Shown here: in pieces, positions 1 to 8,250 of the stretch | Position numbering within the stretch: position 1 is the stretch's first letter | Layout: each line of letters starts with the position of its first letter | The notes under the pieces: model-generated | Told to the model about the DNA's origin: nothing | Databases searched by the model: none | What the model saw: only the letters and a program-made list of their open reading frames with translations | Source: Myxococcota bacterium | Lineage (GTDB): Bacteria > Myxococcota > JACRCW01 | Reading direction: 5' to 3' | DNA length: 56,822 bases | NCBI GenBank assembly: GCA_040752415.1 | Contig: JBFMGU010000030.1 | Location: 1 to 56,822, forward strand | Position numbers and translations under genes: made by a program

Positions 1-135
1 TTCCCGGTCGGAATCTGGCAATTCCGGTGCTTATCTCCGTGCCAACCCCCACTGTCTCTTAGCCCCCCAGCCAGGCTTTGTGGCCACGCCGCCTGGCTGG
101 TTTGTTCTTGGGGCCGGGGGGGCGTGGTGGCGCAA

Positions 136-151
136 AGCACAACCAATGCCA
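136..151 (-). promoter_or_regulatory. Putative sigma54 -24/-12 promoter firing toward the left edge of the window
   Basis: Minus strand reads TGGCATTGGTTGTGCT (GG-N10-GC); tandem palindromic sites lie 45-80 bp upstream. Confidence 0.55.
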
Positions 152-194
152 ACCCAGTTCTCGACGGAGAACACGTGTTGAACGCGCGCGGACC

Positions 195-231
195 TGTCTG
201 ATTTCCGGACAGGGTGACTGAATTCCAGACA
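195..231. promoter_or_regulatory. Tandem imperfect palindromes, candidate enhancer-binding-protein sites
   Basis: TGTCTGATTTCCGGACA (195-211) and TGACTGAATTCCAGACA (215-231), 20 bp apart. Confidence 0.5.
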
Positions 232-299
232 CCCCATCAGAGCGGGCTGGGAACACCCACGACGCCGAAAAGCCGGCCCTCCAACTTGGAGGTGACGCC

Positions 300-1034
300 C
301 TACGCACAGACACCCTGCGCCCGCAGTTCCGCTCTCGCCTGACCGGCCCAGTCGGCGTTGGCCCTGGGACTGGCGGGGCTGGGGTGCAGGATGCGGCCCA
401 CCTTCACGTCGAGACCCTGCACCGAGTCGCGCGCCGCGCCTTCCGCGAACGCGCCCACGCCCACCACCCATTGCGGCTCCAGGATCTCCACCACCCGACG
501 CAGGTGGCGGTTGCACAGCTCCTTCATCTCGACGAGCTGCGCGCGCGGCAACTTGTCCGGCGTGAAGTTGCGCCCGCTCTCCTCGAGGAACAGCAACGGG
601 CAGTAGTTGGCAATGAAATGGTCCTTGAAGAAGCGCTCGGGCGTCTTGAAATGGTCCTTGATGGCGCCCCAGATGCGCGCACCGCTCACCTCGCTGCGGG
701 GGCAGTCGAAGCCCTGCACGGGGCGCTTGGGATGCTCGTGGCGCGGGTGGCCCACGTCGGCGTGGATGCCCAGCCAGTCGCGCACCAGGGAGACCTCACC
801 AAACGGGACGCCGGTCTGCGCCATCCCGAACGGTCCGGGATTCATCCCAATGACGACGACACGCTTGCGCGAGCTCCCATACCGTTCCACGTACTGCTGG
901 TACGGTTTCCATGCGTACACCAGCGGGTTGTAGACGTGGGTGATGGGCGCGGCGAACTTGAGCTTCTCCAGTGCGTTGGAGAGCTCCCGCGACGCCGCGA
1001 GGATCTCGTGAGCGGGTTGAGAGTTCCGCGGCAT
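300..1034 (-). CDS. SMUG1-family uracil-DNA glycosylase
   Basis: VYNPL, GMNPGPFGMAQTGVPFG, RSEVSG, NYCPL and HPSPASP motifs; ATG overlaps the upstream TGA (TGATG). Confidence 0.92.
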   Translation of the reverse strand: MPRNSQPAHEILAASRELSNALEKLKFAAPITHVYNPLVYAWKPYQQYVERYGSSRKRVVVIGMNPGPFGMAQTGVPFGEVSLVRDWLGIHADVGHPRHEHPKRPVQGFDCPRSEVSGARIWGAIKDHFKTPERFFKDHFIANYCPLLFLEESGRNFTPDKLPRAQLVEMKELCNRHLRRVVEILEPQWVVGVGAFAEGAARDSVQGLDVKVGRILHPSPASPRANADWAGQARAELRAQGVCA

Positions 1035-1528
1035 CAGCGCAGTCCAACCTGCTGGGCCCCCTCCGGCTTGGGGCCGAACTGGATGGCGCCGGCGGGGAGG
1101 AAATACAGGATGTCCATGGCGCCGCCCTGCACGGTGGGCACGTGCCAGGTGTTGGGCGCGTAGACCACCCAGCCCGCGGGCTTGCCGTCGAACTTCGGGT
1201 TCCCTTCGACGGAGAAGCACAGGTCGATTTCACCGTGGGGATGGGTGTGCCCGGCACCGGCGCGCTCCATGTGCACCGCGTCAATGGAGAGACCGCTGCC
1301 GTCGGACTTCTGCACGCGGGAGAAGCGGACGCCGGCGTTCTCGCGGTCACACAGCCAGCGTGCGGCCACGCCTTCACGCATCAACGTGCGCACCCGGGAG
1401 AGCACTTCCCCGTCGGGGGGGAGCGCGCGGTTGAGCTTGGCCTCCGCCTCGGGGTCCGAGGGGCTGATGGTACGCACCAGCTCCAGGACGGGCTGCAGCG
1501 CCTGCAGGAAGGTCTCACGGTCGGACAT
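1034..1528 (-). CDS. DUF4863 / PnbB-like cupin protein
   Basis: HTHPHGEIDL, FDG..GWVVY, HVPTV.GG and ILYFLP.GAIQF motifs. Confidence 0.8.
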   Translation of the reverse strand: MSDRETFLQALQPVLELVRTISPSDPEAEAKLNRALPPDGEVLSRVRTLMREGVAARWLCDRENAGVRFSRVQKSDGSGLSIDAVHMERAGAGHTHPHGEIDLCFSVEGNPKFDGKPAGWVVYAPNTWHVPTVQGGAMDILYFLPAGAIQFGPKPEGAQQVGLR

Positions 1529-1610
1529 GGCAGGATCCTCCAGGCGGCGCATCTAGCAGCACCCCGCGCCGCGTGCATCCACGGAAATGCGCTAGCCTGC
1601 GGGCCGTTCC

Positions 1611-2339
1611 ATGAACCGCATCCTGCTCGCCGCCGAGGAGCTGCCGCCGGGCCACGTCGTCACCTTGCGCGACCAACGCGCCGAGCACCTCCGCTCCGTG
1701 CTGCACGTCGTGCCGGGACAGGTGGTGAAGCTGGGCGTGCTGGATGGGCCGCGGGGTACCGGCGTGGTGGAAGCCATCCAGGGTGACAACGTCATCCTGC
1801 GCGTGGAGCTCGAAGGGACCATCCCGCCGGCGCCGCGCGTGGACCTGCTGCTCGCGCTGCCGCGTCCCAAGGTGCTCAAGCGGCTGTGGGCGCAGGTGGC
1901 GGCGCTGGGCGTGCACAACGTGGTCATCACCAACGCGGCCAAGGTGGAACGCAACTACTTTGACACGCACTGGCTCCGTCCCGAGGTGTACGGGCCGCTG
2001 CTCGTCGAGGGTTTGCAGCAGGCGGGTGACACGCGACTTCCGCGCGTCACGGTGGCGCGCGTGTTCCGGCCGCTGATCGAGGACCGCATTGGAGAGCTCT
2101 GTCCGGCCAGCGTGTGCCTGGTGGCGGACCCGGCGGGCGCCACGCGCCTTTCCCGCGTGCGGATTCCCGACGGGGAACGCGTGCTGCTCGCGGTGGGGCC
2201 GGAGGGCGGCTGGAACGCGTTCGAGCTCTCCTTGCTCGGTCGGGCAGGATTCCTCGCCGTCAACGTGGGGACGCGGACGCTGCGGACGGACACCGCGTGC
2301 GTGGCACTGATTGCCATCCTGCATGAGCTGATGACGTGA
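1611..2339 (+). CDS. rsmE: 16S rRNA m3U1498 methyltransferase
   Basis: HLRSVL, VGPEGGW and GTRTLRTDTA SPOUT motifs. Confidence 0.9.
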   Translation: MNRILLAAEELPPGHVVTLRDQRAEHLRSVLHVVPGQVVKLGVLDGPRGTGVVEAIQGDNVILRVELEGTIPPAPRVDLLLALPRPKVLKRLWAQVAALGVHNVVITNAAKVERNYFDTHWLRPEVYGPLLVEGLQQAGDTRLPRVTVARVFRPLIEDRIGELCPASVCLVADPAGATRLSRVRIPDGERVLLAVGPEGGWNAFELSLLGRAGFLAVNVGTRTLRTDTACVALIAILHELMT

Positions 2340-2426
2340 GGACGGGTTGACCCTGGGTACGGTGGCGGCGCGGCCCCCCCACCCCGCCGCCTTCCCTGCC
2401 GCGCTGTTTTCTCGTCGTGGCGGCGG

Positions 2427-2451
2427 GCCTCCCCCACGGCGTGGGGAGGCG
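2427..2451. terminator. GC-rich hairpin between convergent genes
   Basis: GCCTCCCCCAC-GGC-GTGGGGAGGC; no clear U tract. Confidence 0.35.
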
Positions 2452-2563
2452 TAGATGTGCCGCGCTCAGTTGGGTCGTTTCGCCGATTTGCGGCACCAGG
2501 CCTCATTGTTCCCGTGCCGCACGACACGGCCGCGCATCCCACGGAAGGGCAACAACCCGCGCC

Positions 2564-5263
2564 TCAGCAGCCGCCGCCCACGGTGAGCTCGGTCTGGTTG
2601 GGCGCGTCATCCGCGGAACACTCCTGGTGCGCACCGCGACCCTGCCCCGTCCCGTCGTCATCCACGCGGATCACAATGCGCGTGGCCACATCCGGCACCG
2701 GCACCAGCTCGGCGGTCACGAACTCCTCCTCGCCCGGAGCCAGCGCGGTGGTGGTGCGTGCCACCGCAAAGGCGGGATTCCCCGGCGCGGGGTCGCCCAC
2801 GTAGAACGCCACCTCGAGGCCCGCGTTGACGGTGAGGCTGCCGGTGTTCTGCGCCCACACACCCATGCGCACGCGGTCGCCGCAGCGGGTGAGCAGCTCG
2901 GTCTCGCCGGCGGCCAGGTCGGGCGCCACCGCGCCGTCGGGACCCGCGCCTTGCTCGTTGAGGCGGTAGGTGTTGTGGCTCATCCAGCTCGCGCCCTCCA
3001 CGGCGGGGATCGTGGCGTCGTCGTTGACGTTGTCGATGTGGTAGGCGTGCTGGTTCCAGATCTTGCGCGTGGTGACCCAGGTGTCGTTCTTGTCGCCGAG
3101 GACGCGCAGGCCGGTGGTGAGCTGGTAGTCGGGGTCGTTGGGGTCCAGCACGCAAAAGAGCGCGGGGTCGCCCGGGTCGCCGGCCTGCGGCGGATACAGG
3201 CGGCCGTAGTTGTTGCTCCCCACCACGATCTCCGCGTTCCCGTCGTTGTCGACGTCGACGATGACCGGATACTCATACGCGGTGAGGCTGGCGCTGTCCG
3301 CCTGGAAGATCACGGCCAGGCGCTCCTCGGGCGGACCGGCATCCTGCACGTGGAAGACGCGGAGGTAGCACTCGTCGTTGTAGACGATCTCGGGAATGCC
3401 ATCGCCCTCGAAGTCAAACAGCGAGGAGCCCGTGCGCGACGACGACGTCTCATGGATGGGGAAGGTGGCCAGCAGGGAGAGGGCACGGGTGTTGGGGTCA
3501 ATGTCCATCACCACGTAGAACTCACGTCCCGCCACCGCGACTTCCGGGAAGCCGTCGTCGTCAAAGTCGGCCACGGTGGGCGGGCCGCCGGCCACGCTGC
3601 GGTTGAGCGGGCCCACCGGGATGGCCAGGCTGGAGATGAGCGTGCCGTCGTTCTCGTAGAGGTACACCGTGCCGCGCGAGGTGAGCACGATCTCCGGGTA
3701 GTTGTCGGCATCCAGGTTCACCACCGCGGGGAAACCGTCGACGACGGGAGACGCACCCTGGTTCAGGTTGAAGTACGGCGTGGCCAGGAAGTTGCCGCTG
3801 TTGACGTCGTAGGCGAACGCGCTGGAGCCGGCCAGCAGGTCCAGGTAGCCGTCGCCGTTGAGGTCGGCCAGCGTCGAGAGCGGACCCACGTGGATGAGGT
3901 TGCTGTTGTAGTAGTACGGGTTGTCGCCCTCACCGGAGCCAGCGGGCGGGTTGAACATGACGGTCCCGTCGGCGCGGAACACCTGGCTCCCGAGCACGAT
4001 CTCCGGCGCGCCCGCCTGGTCCACGTTGGCAATCGCCGGTGCGCCCCAGTGGTGCCAGCGGTTGGTGCCGGCGCTGCAGTTGTTGAGGGCGGGGTCGGCG
4101 CAGTCCCAGCGCACCGTGCCGTCGCTGTTGAACACCATGAGGCCGGTGGCGTTGCTGGTGCCGTAGTTGGTGCGGATGGCGACGATCTCCGGCACCCCGT
4201 CCTGGTCCAGGTCCGCCACCGCCACGCTGGAGGCGGAGGCCAGCGGCAGGCCGGTGACGTCGAAGATGGTTGCGCCGGTGTCGCCGCGCATGGCGCGCAG
4301 CACGGGGTTGCGGAAGCGGTAGACGTTGGGGTCGGTGGGCGGGCAGGGCTCGGGGCTGGCGGTGGTGCCGCAGTTGTCGGGCAGGTAGCCCTCGAAGCTC
4401 ACGAACACGACGTCGGGAAGCCCGTCGCCGTTGAGGTCCGCCACCGCGGGCGTGCTCATCACCTGGTCGCTCTCCGGCGCCACCACGGTTCCACCCGGCG
4501 GCGGCCACTGCCATTCCACGTCGGGCTCCACGCCGCCGAACACCGGCTCCTGGCGACAGTCATGCGTGGTCACGCCCGTGCGCCGGGTCACCGTGGTGGG
4601 GTCGCACGCGTCGCCAATTCCGTCGAGGTCACGGTCGGCCTGGTCGGGGTTGCTGGTGTTGGGGCAGTTGTCCCAGGAATCGGGCACGCCGTCACCGTCG
4701 TCGTCGGAGGCGTTGCCCGCGTCGGGCTCGCACGCGTTGCCCACGCCGTTGCCGTTGCCGTCCTCCTGGCCGGGGTTGGCCGCGTAGGGACAGTTGTCAC
4801 ACGGGTCGCCGCGTCCGTCGGAGTCGGTGTCGATCTGCAGGAAGTTGGAGATGGTGGGGCAGTTGTCCACGTTGTCCGGGACGTCGTCGTTGTCGGTGTC
4901 GATCACCACGCTGCCCGAGGAGCTGGAGGACGAGGAGGAGCTGGACGACGACGAGGATGAGCTGCTGGAGCTGGAGGACGACGAGGTGGAGGACGCGCCG
5001 CTGGAGGACGACGCGGTGGAGGACGCGCTGCTGGAGGAGCTTCCCGGTCCAGCGTCGTGCCGTCGCACGAATCCGCCGTCGGTGCGGGCCTGGTTGTCAC
5101 CGCCTCCGCCCACGCCCACGCAGGTGCCTTCCTGGCACGCTTCCCCCGCGGGGCAATCCTGGTCCGACCCGCAGGAGGTCTCCTGGGGCCCACAGCCGTC
5201 ACAACCGGCCAGGAACAGGACGGAGATCACCAACCACGACGACCAACGCAGGCGCGACACCAT
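2564..5263 (-). CDS. Secreted lipoprotein with Ser-rich linker, thrombospondin type-3 repeats, FG-GAP/VCBS beta-propeller and C-terminal CARDB-like domain
   Basis: Lipobox FLAGC; poly-Ser; D.D.DG.GD.CDNCP repeats; ADLNGDGLPDVV and DFEGDGIPEIV repeats; R.IWNQHAY. Confidence 0.85.
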   Translation of the reverse strand: MVSRLRWSSWLVISVLFLAGCDGCGPQETSCGSDQDCPAGEACQEGTCVGVGGGGDNQARTDGGFVRRHDAGPGSSSSSASSTASSSSGASSTSSSSSSSSSSSSSSSSSSSSSSSGSVVIDTDNDDVPDNVDNCPTISNFLQIDTDSDGRGDPCDNCPYAANPGQEDGNGNGVGNACEPDAGNASDDDGDGVPDSWDNCPNTSNPDQADRDLDGIGDACDPTTVTRRTGVTTHDCRQEPVFGGVEPDVEWQWPPPGGTVVAPESDQVMSTPAVADLNGDGLPDVVFVSFEGYLPDNCGTTASPEPCPPTDPNVYRFRNPVLRAMRGDTGATIFDVTGLPLASASSVAVADLDQDGVPEIVAIRTNYGTSNATGLMVFNSDGTVRWDCADPALNNCSAGTNRWHHWGAPAIANVDQAGAPEIVLGSQVFRADGTVMFNPPAGSGEGDNPYYYNSNLIHVGPLSTLADLNGDGYLDLLAGSSAFAYDVNSGNFLATPYFNLNQGASPVVDGFPAVVNLDADNYPEIVLTSRGTVYLYENDGTLISSLAIPVGPLNRSVAGGPPTVADFDDDGFPEVAVAGREFYVVMDIDPNTRALSLLATFPIHETSSSRTGSSLFDFEGDGIPEIVYNDECYLRVFHVQDAGPPEERLAVIFQADSASLTAYEYPVIVDVDNDGNAEIVVGSNNYGRLYPPQAGDPGDPALFCVLDPNDPDYQLTTGLRVLGDKNDTWVTTRKIWNQHAYHIDNVNDDATIPAVEGASWMSHNTYRLNEQGAGPDGAVAPDLAAGETELLTRCGDRVRMGVWAQNTGSLTVNAGLEVAFYVGDPAPGNPAFAVARTTTALAPGEEEFVTAELVPVPDVATRIVIRVDDDGTGQGRGAHQECSADDAPNQTELTVGGGC

Positions 5264-5372
5264 GGATAACCCTCGAGCCCAATCCAGAAAGGGGCCGGAT
5301 TATCGGGCGTTTTACGCATTTGTTGCGTGCGCTGGTGACGACAGGCGACCCGTCACAGGCAGGTTGGTCGAC

Positions 5373-6779
5373 TCAGCGCTGGTGATGCTCGGCGAGGACC
5401 TGGGCCACGCAGCAGGTGAGCTTCTCCGCGGTGGGAAGGTCCAGGAACTCATTGGGCCCGTGCGCGTTGGAGCCCGGCCCCAGCACGCCGGTGATCAGGA
5501 ACTGCGCCTGCGGGAACTGCTGGCCCAGCATGCCCATGAACGGGATGGAGCCGCCCTCGCCCATGTAGCAGGCGGCCTTGCCAAAGAAGCGCGTGCTCGC
5601 ACCATCCACGCTCTTCTCCAGCCACGGCGCCAGGAGCGGCGCGTTCCATCCGCTGCTCTTCTTCTCGACGTCGAAGGTCACCTTGGCACCGTACGGCGGG
5701 TCCTTCTCCAGCGCGGCCTTCATTGCCGCCGCGGCAACATCCGCGTCGCACGTGGGGGGCAGGCGCATGGACAGCTTCACCGCCGTCACCGGGCGCAACA
5801 CGTTGCCCGCGCTCTCCAGTGGAGGCAGCCCCGCCGCGCCGGTCACGCTCAGCGCGGGACGCCAGGTGCGGTTCAGGATGAGCTCGGTGACGTCGGTGGT
5901 GGTGGGCTGCACGCCGGGACGCAGCGGCATGCGCGTGTACACCTCATTGCCCAGCACCTGCGCCGCCAAGGCCGCCTGCTTCCTGCGCTGCTCCGGAATC
6001 TCCACGTGGCATTCCTTGACGAGCACGCGACCGTCCTTCTCGTCCTCGATGCGCGAGAGCACGCTGCGCAGCACGCGGAAGCTGGAGGCGACCACGCCGC
6101 TGCCGTCGCCAGAGTGGATGCCCTCCTTGATGAGGCTCACGGTGAGATTGCCGCCGATCATCCCGCGCAGACTCGTCGTGGACCACAGCTGCTCATAGTT
6201 GCCGCAACCGGAGTCCAGGCAGATGACCAGGCTGCAGCTGCCAATGCGCGCCTTGAGCGCCTTGACGTACTCCTCCAGGCCCGGGCTGCCGCTCTCCTCG
6301 GCCGCCTCGATGAGGATGATGCAGCGTGCGTGGGGAATGCCCTGCTGCTTGAGCGCCTTGATGGCGGTGATGGACGCAAAGATCGCGTAGCCGTCGTCGG
6401 CGCCGCCGCGTCCGTAGAGTCGGCCATTGCGGATGACCGGCGTGAAGGGCCCCAGCCCGTCTTCCCACCCCTCGAACGGCGGCTGCTTGTCCAGGTGACC
6501 GTAGAGCAGCACGGTGTCGTCGGAGCGCGAGCCCGGGACCTCCATGACGATGAGCGGCGTGCGTCCCGCGTCCTCCAGCACCTCCAGCATCAGACCCGGC
6601 ACCTGCTGCGCCTTGACCCACTCCGTGAGCAGCTTCACCGCGCGGTGCATGTGGCCGTGCGACTTCCACTCGGCGTCAAACAACGGCGAGAGGTTGGGAA
6701 TGGTGATGTACTCCTGCAGCGTCGGGACGATGGTGTCCTTGAAGGTCTTCTCGACAAAAGGCTTGGGATCCACGCTCAT
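5373..6779 (-). CDS. M20/M25/M40 family metallopeptidase
   Basis: YGHLDKQP, GRGGADDG, EESGS, HSG and NAHGPNE motifs. Confidence 0.92.
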   Translation of the reverse strand: MSVDPKPFVEKTFKDTIVPTLQEYITIPNLSPLFDAEWKSHGHMHRAVKLLTEWVKAQQVPGLMLEVLEDAGRTPLIVMEVPGSRSDDTVLLYGHLDKQPPFEGWEDGLGPFTPVIRNGRLYGRGGADDGYAIFASITAIKALKQQGIPHARCIILIEAAEESGSPGLEEYVKALKARIGSCSLVICLDSGCGNYEQLWSTTSLRGMIGGNLTVSLIKEGIHSGDGSGVVASSFRVLRSVLSRIEDEKDGRVLVKECHVEIPEQRRKQAALAAQVLGNEVYTRMPLRPGVQPTTTDVTELILNRTWRPALSVTGAAGLPPLESAGNVLRPVTAVKLSMRLPPTCDADVAAAAMKAALEKDPPYGAKVTFDVEKKSSGWNAPLLAPWLEKSVDGASTRFFGKAACYMGEGGSIPFMGMLGQQFPQAQFLITGVLGPGSNAHGPNEFLDLPTAEKLTCCVAQVLAEHHQR

Positions 6780-6863
6780 CACACTCTCCACGCGGGCTTG
6801 AACCGCACGTCGCGCATACGCATCCGACGTGGCCGCTGTCAAACCCGCGTGGAGAGCCGTGAC

Positions 6864-7940
6864 TCACCACCGTCGCTTGAGTGGCTTCTTCGCGAGGTCG
6901 CGAAAGTGCTTCGCCATGTTGCCCAGGCCGTCCTTGCGCAGCCGCTCATGACGCTCATGCTGACGGAGCTGCAGGAACGCCACCTCGTCGAGGAGACGGC
7001 GGTAGCTGGCCAGACGCGAGGCCTCCAGCGTCCCGTCCTCCACTGCCTGACGCACCGCGCAACCGGGCTCACCCTGGTGGGCGCAGTCCCGGAAGCGGCA
7101 CGTCGCGGCGAGCGCTTCCACGTCGGGGAACGAGGCGGCCACGGTGTCCTCGTCACCCCAGAGCTGCAGCTCACGCATGCCCGGCGTGTCCATGATCGCC
7201 CCGCCGCCGGGGAGCAGCATGAGGTCGCGGAAGGTGGTGGTGTGGACGCCGCGTCCGTCGCTGGCGCGCACCTCCCGGGTGACCATGCGCGCTTGGCCCA
7301 ACAGCGCATTGATGAGGGTGGACTTGCCCACGCCCGACGAGCCCAGCAGCGCCACCGTGCGCCCCGGCCCCACGTACGACGACAACCCGTCCAACCCCAC
7401 CCCCAGCGCGGCACTCACGAGGAGAATCGGTGTCTCGCCGGCAATCGAGGTCAATGCCTCGCGCTGCGCGTCGGGGTCGGGCGCCAGGTCCAGCTTGTTG
7501 AGGATGATCACCGGCTCCGCACCGCTGTCCCGCGCCAGCGCGAGGTAGCGTTCCAGCCGACGCGGGTTGAAGTCCTCGTCGAGGCCCATGACGAGGAACA
7601 CCACGTCCACGTTGGCGGCCACCACCTGCGCTTCCGTGGTGGTGCCGGCCTTCTTGCGCATGAACGCGGTCCGGCGTGGCAGCCGCTCGACGATGAGCGC
7701 CTTGTCCTCGCCGGAAACAGGGCGGACGGCACACCAGTCGCCGGTGGCGGGCAGCTCGTGCGGCGCGGTGGTCATGCGGAGCCGACCGGCGAGGTGCGCG
7801 CGCAGGAAACCCGTCGTGGCGGCGACGGTGTAGATGCCGCGGTCCTCCCGGACGACGCGCGCGGGTTGGAGATGGGGCTGTTTGAGACGGGAGAACGCGT
7901 CCTGGAAGAACGCGGTGAAACCGAGGTTTTCGAGTTCCAT
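6864..7940 (-). CDS. rsgA: Ribosome small subunit-dependent GTPase A
   Basis: Circularly permuted GTPase: NKLD, GSSGVGKST, HTTT, DTPG; C-terminal Zn site CRFRDCAHQGEPGC. Confidence 0.95.
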   Translation of the reverse strand: MELENLGFTAFFQDAFSRLKQPHLQPARVVREDRGIYTVAATTGFLRAHLAGRLRMTTAPHELPATGDWCAVRPVSGEDKALIVERLPRRTAFMRKKAGTTTEAQVVAANVDVVFLVMGLDEDFNPRRLERYLALARDSGAEPVIILNKLDLAPDPDAQREALTSIAGETPILLVSAALGVGLDGLSSYVGPGRTVALLGSSGVGKSTLINALLGQARMVTREVRASDGRGVHTTTFRDLMLLPGGGAIMDTPGMRELQLWGDEDTVAASFPDVEALAATCRFRDCAHQGEPGCAVRQAVEDGTLEASRLASYRRLLDEVAFLQLRQHERHERLRKDGLGNMAKHFRDLAKKPLKRRW

Positions 7941-7980
7941 GGAAGGATGGTTCCTGGTTCAAGATGGTTTTCAGGCAAAC

Positions 7981-8063
7981 GTCGACGAGTGCGTCTGACG
8001 GGGTCAGCGCCTTCACGGGGTGCAGGAGCCATCCGCGACGCCGGGGCACTCACGGCGGTCGAC
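7981..8063 (-). promoter_or_regulatory. Predicted multi-stem RNA in the rsgA leader
   Basis: Closing pairs GTCGAC/GTCGAC and GAGTGC/GCACTC enclose the hairpins CCTGCAC-CCC-GTGAAGG and CTGAC-CCC-GTCAG. Confidence 0.4.
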
Positions 8064-8082
8064 ACAACCGACAACCAACGTC

Positions 8083-8130
8083 TCAGTGAAGGACGGCTCC
8101 TCCACCACGACGGACCAGGGGCAGATACAT
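8083..8130 (-). CDS. Candidate leader peptide MYLPLVRRGGGAVLH
   Basis: AAGGAGGGAGG directly precedes the ATG; the stop lies 20 nt before the structured rsgA leader. Confidence 0.3.
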   Translation of the reverse strand: MYLPLVRRGGGAVLH

Positions 8131-8250
8131 CCTCCCTCCTTGCCAGAGTCCTCTGCCTTGCACCGCGAAGCCTACGCAGGCCGCGCGCTGCCTGCAATTC
8201 GGACAACCGGCGCAGGCGCGCCGCCGCGCGGCCTGGTTATGCTGCGGGCC

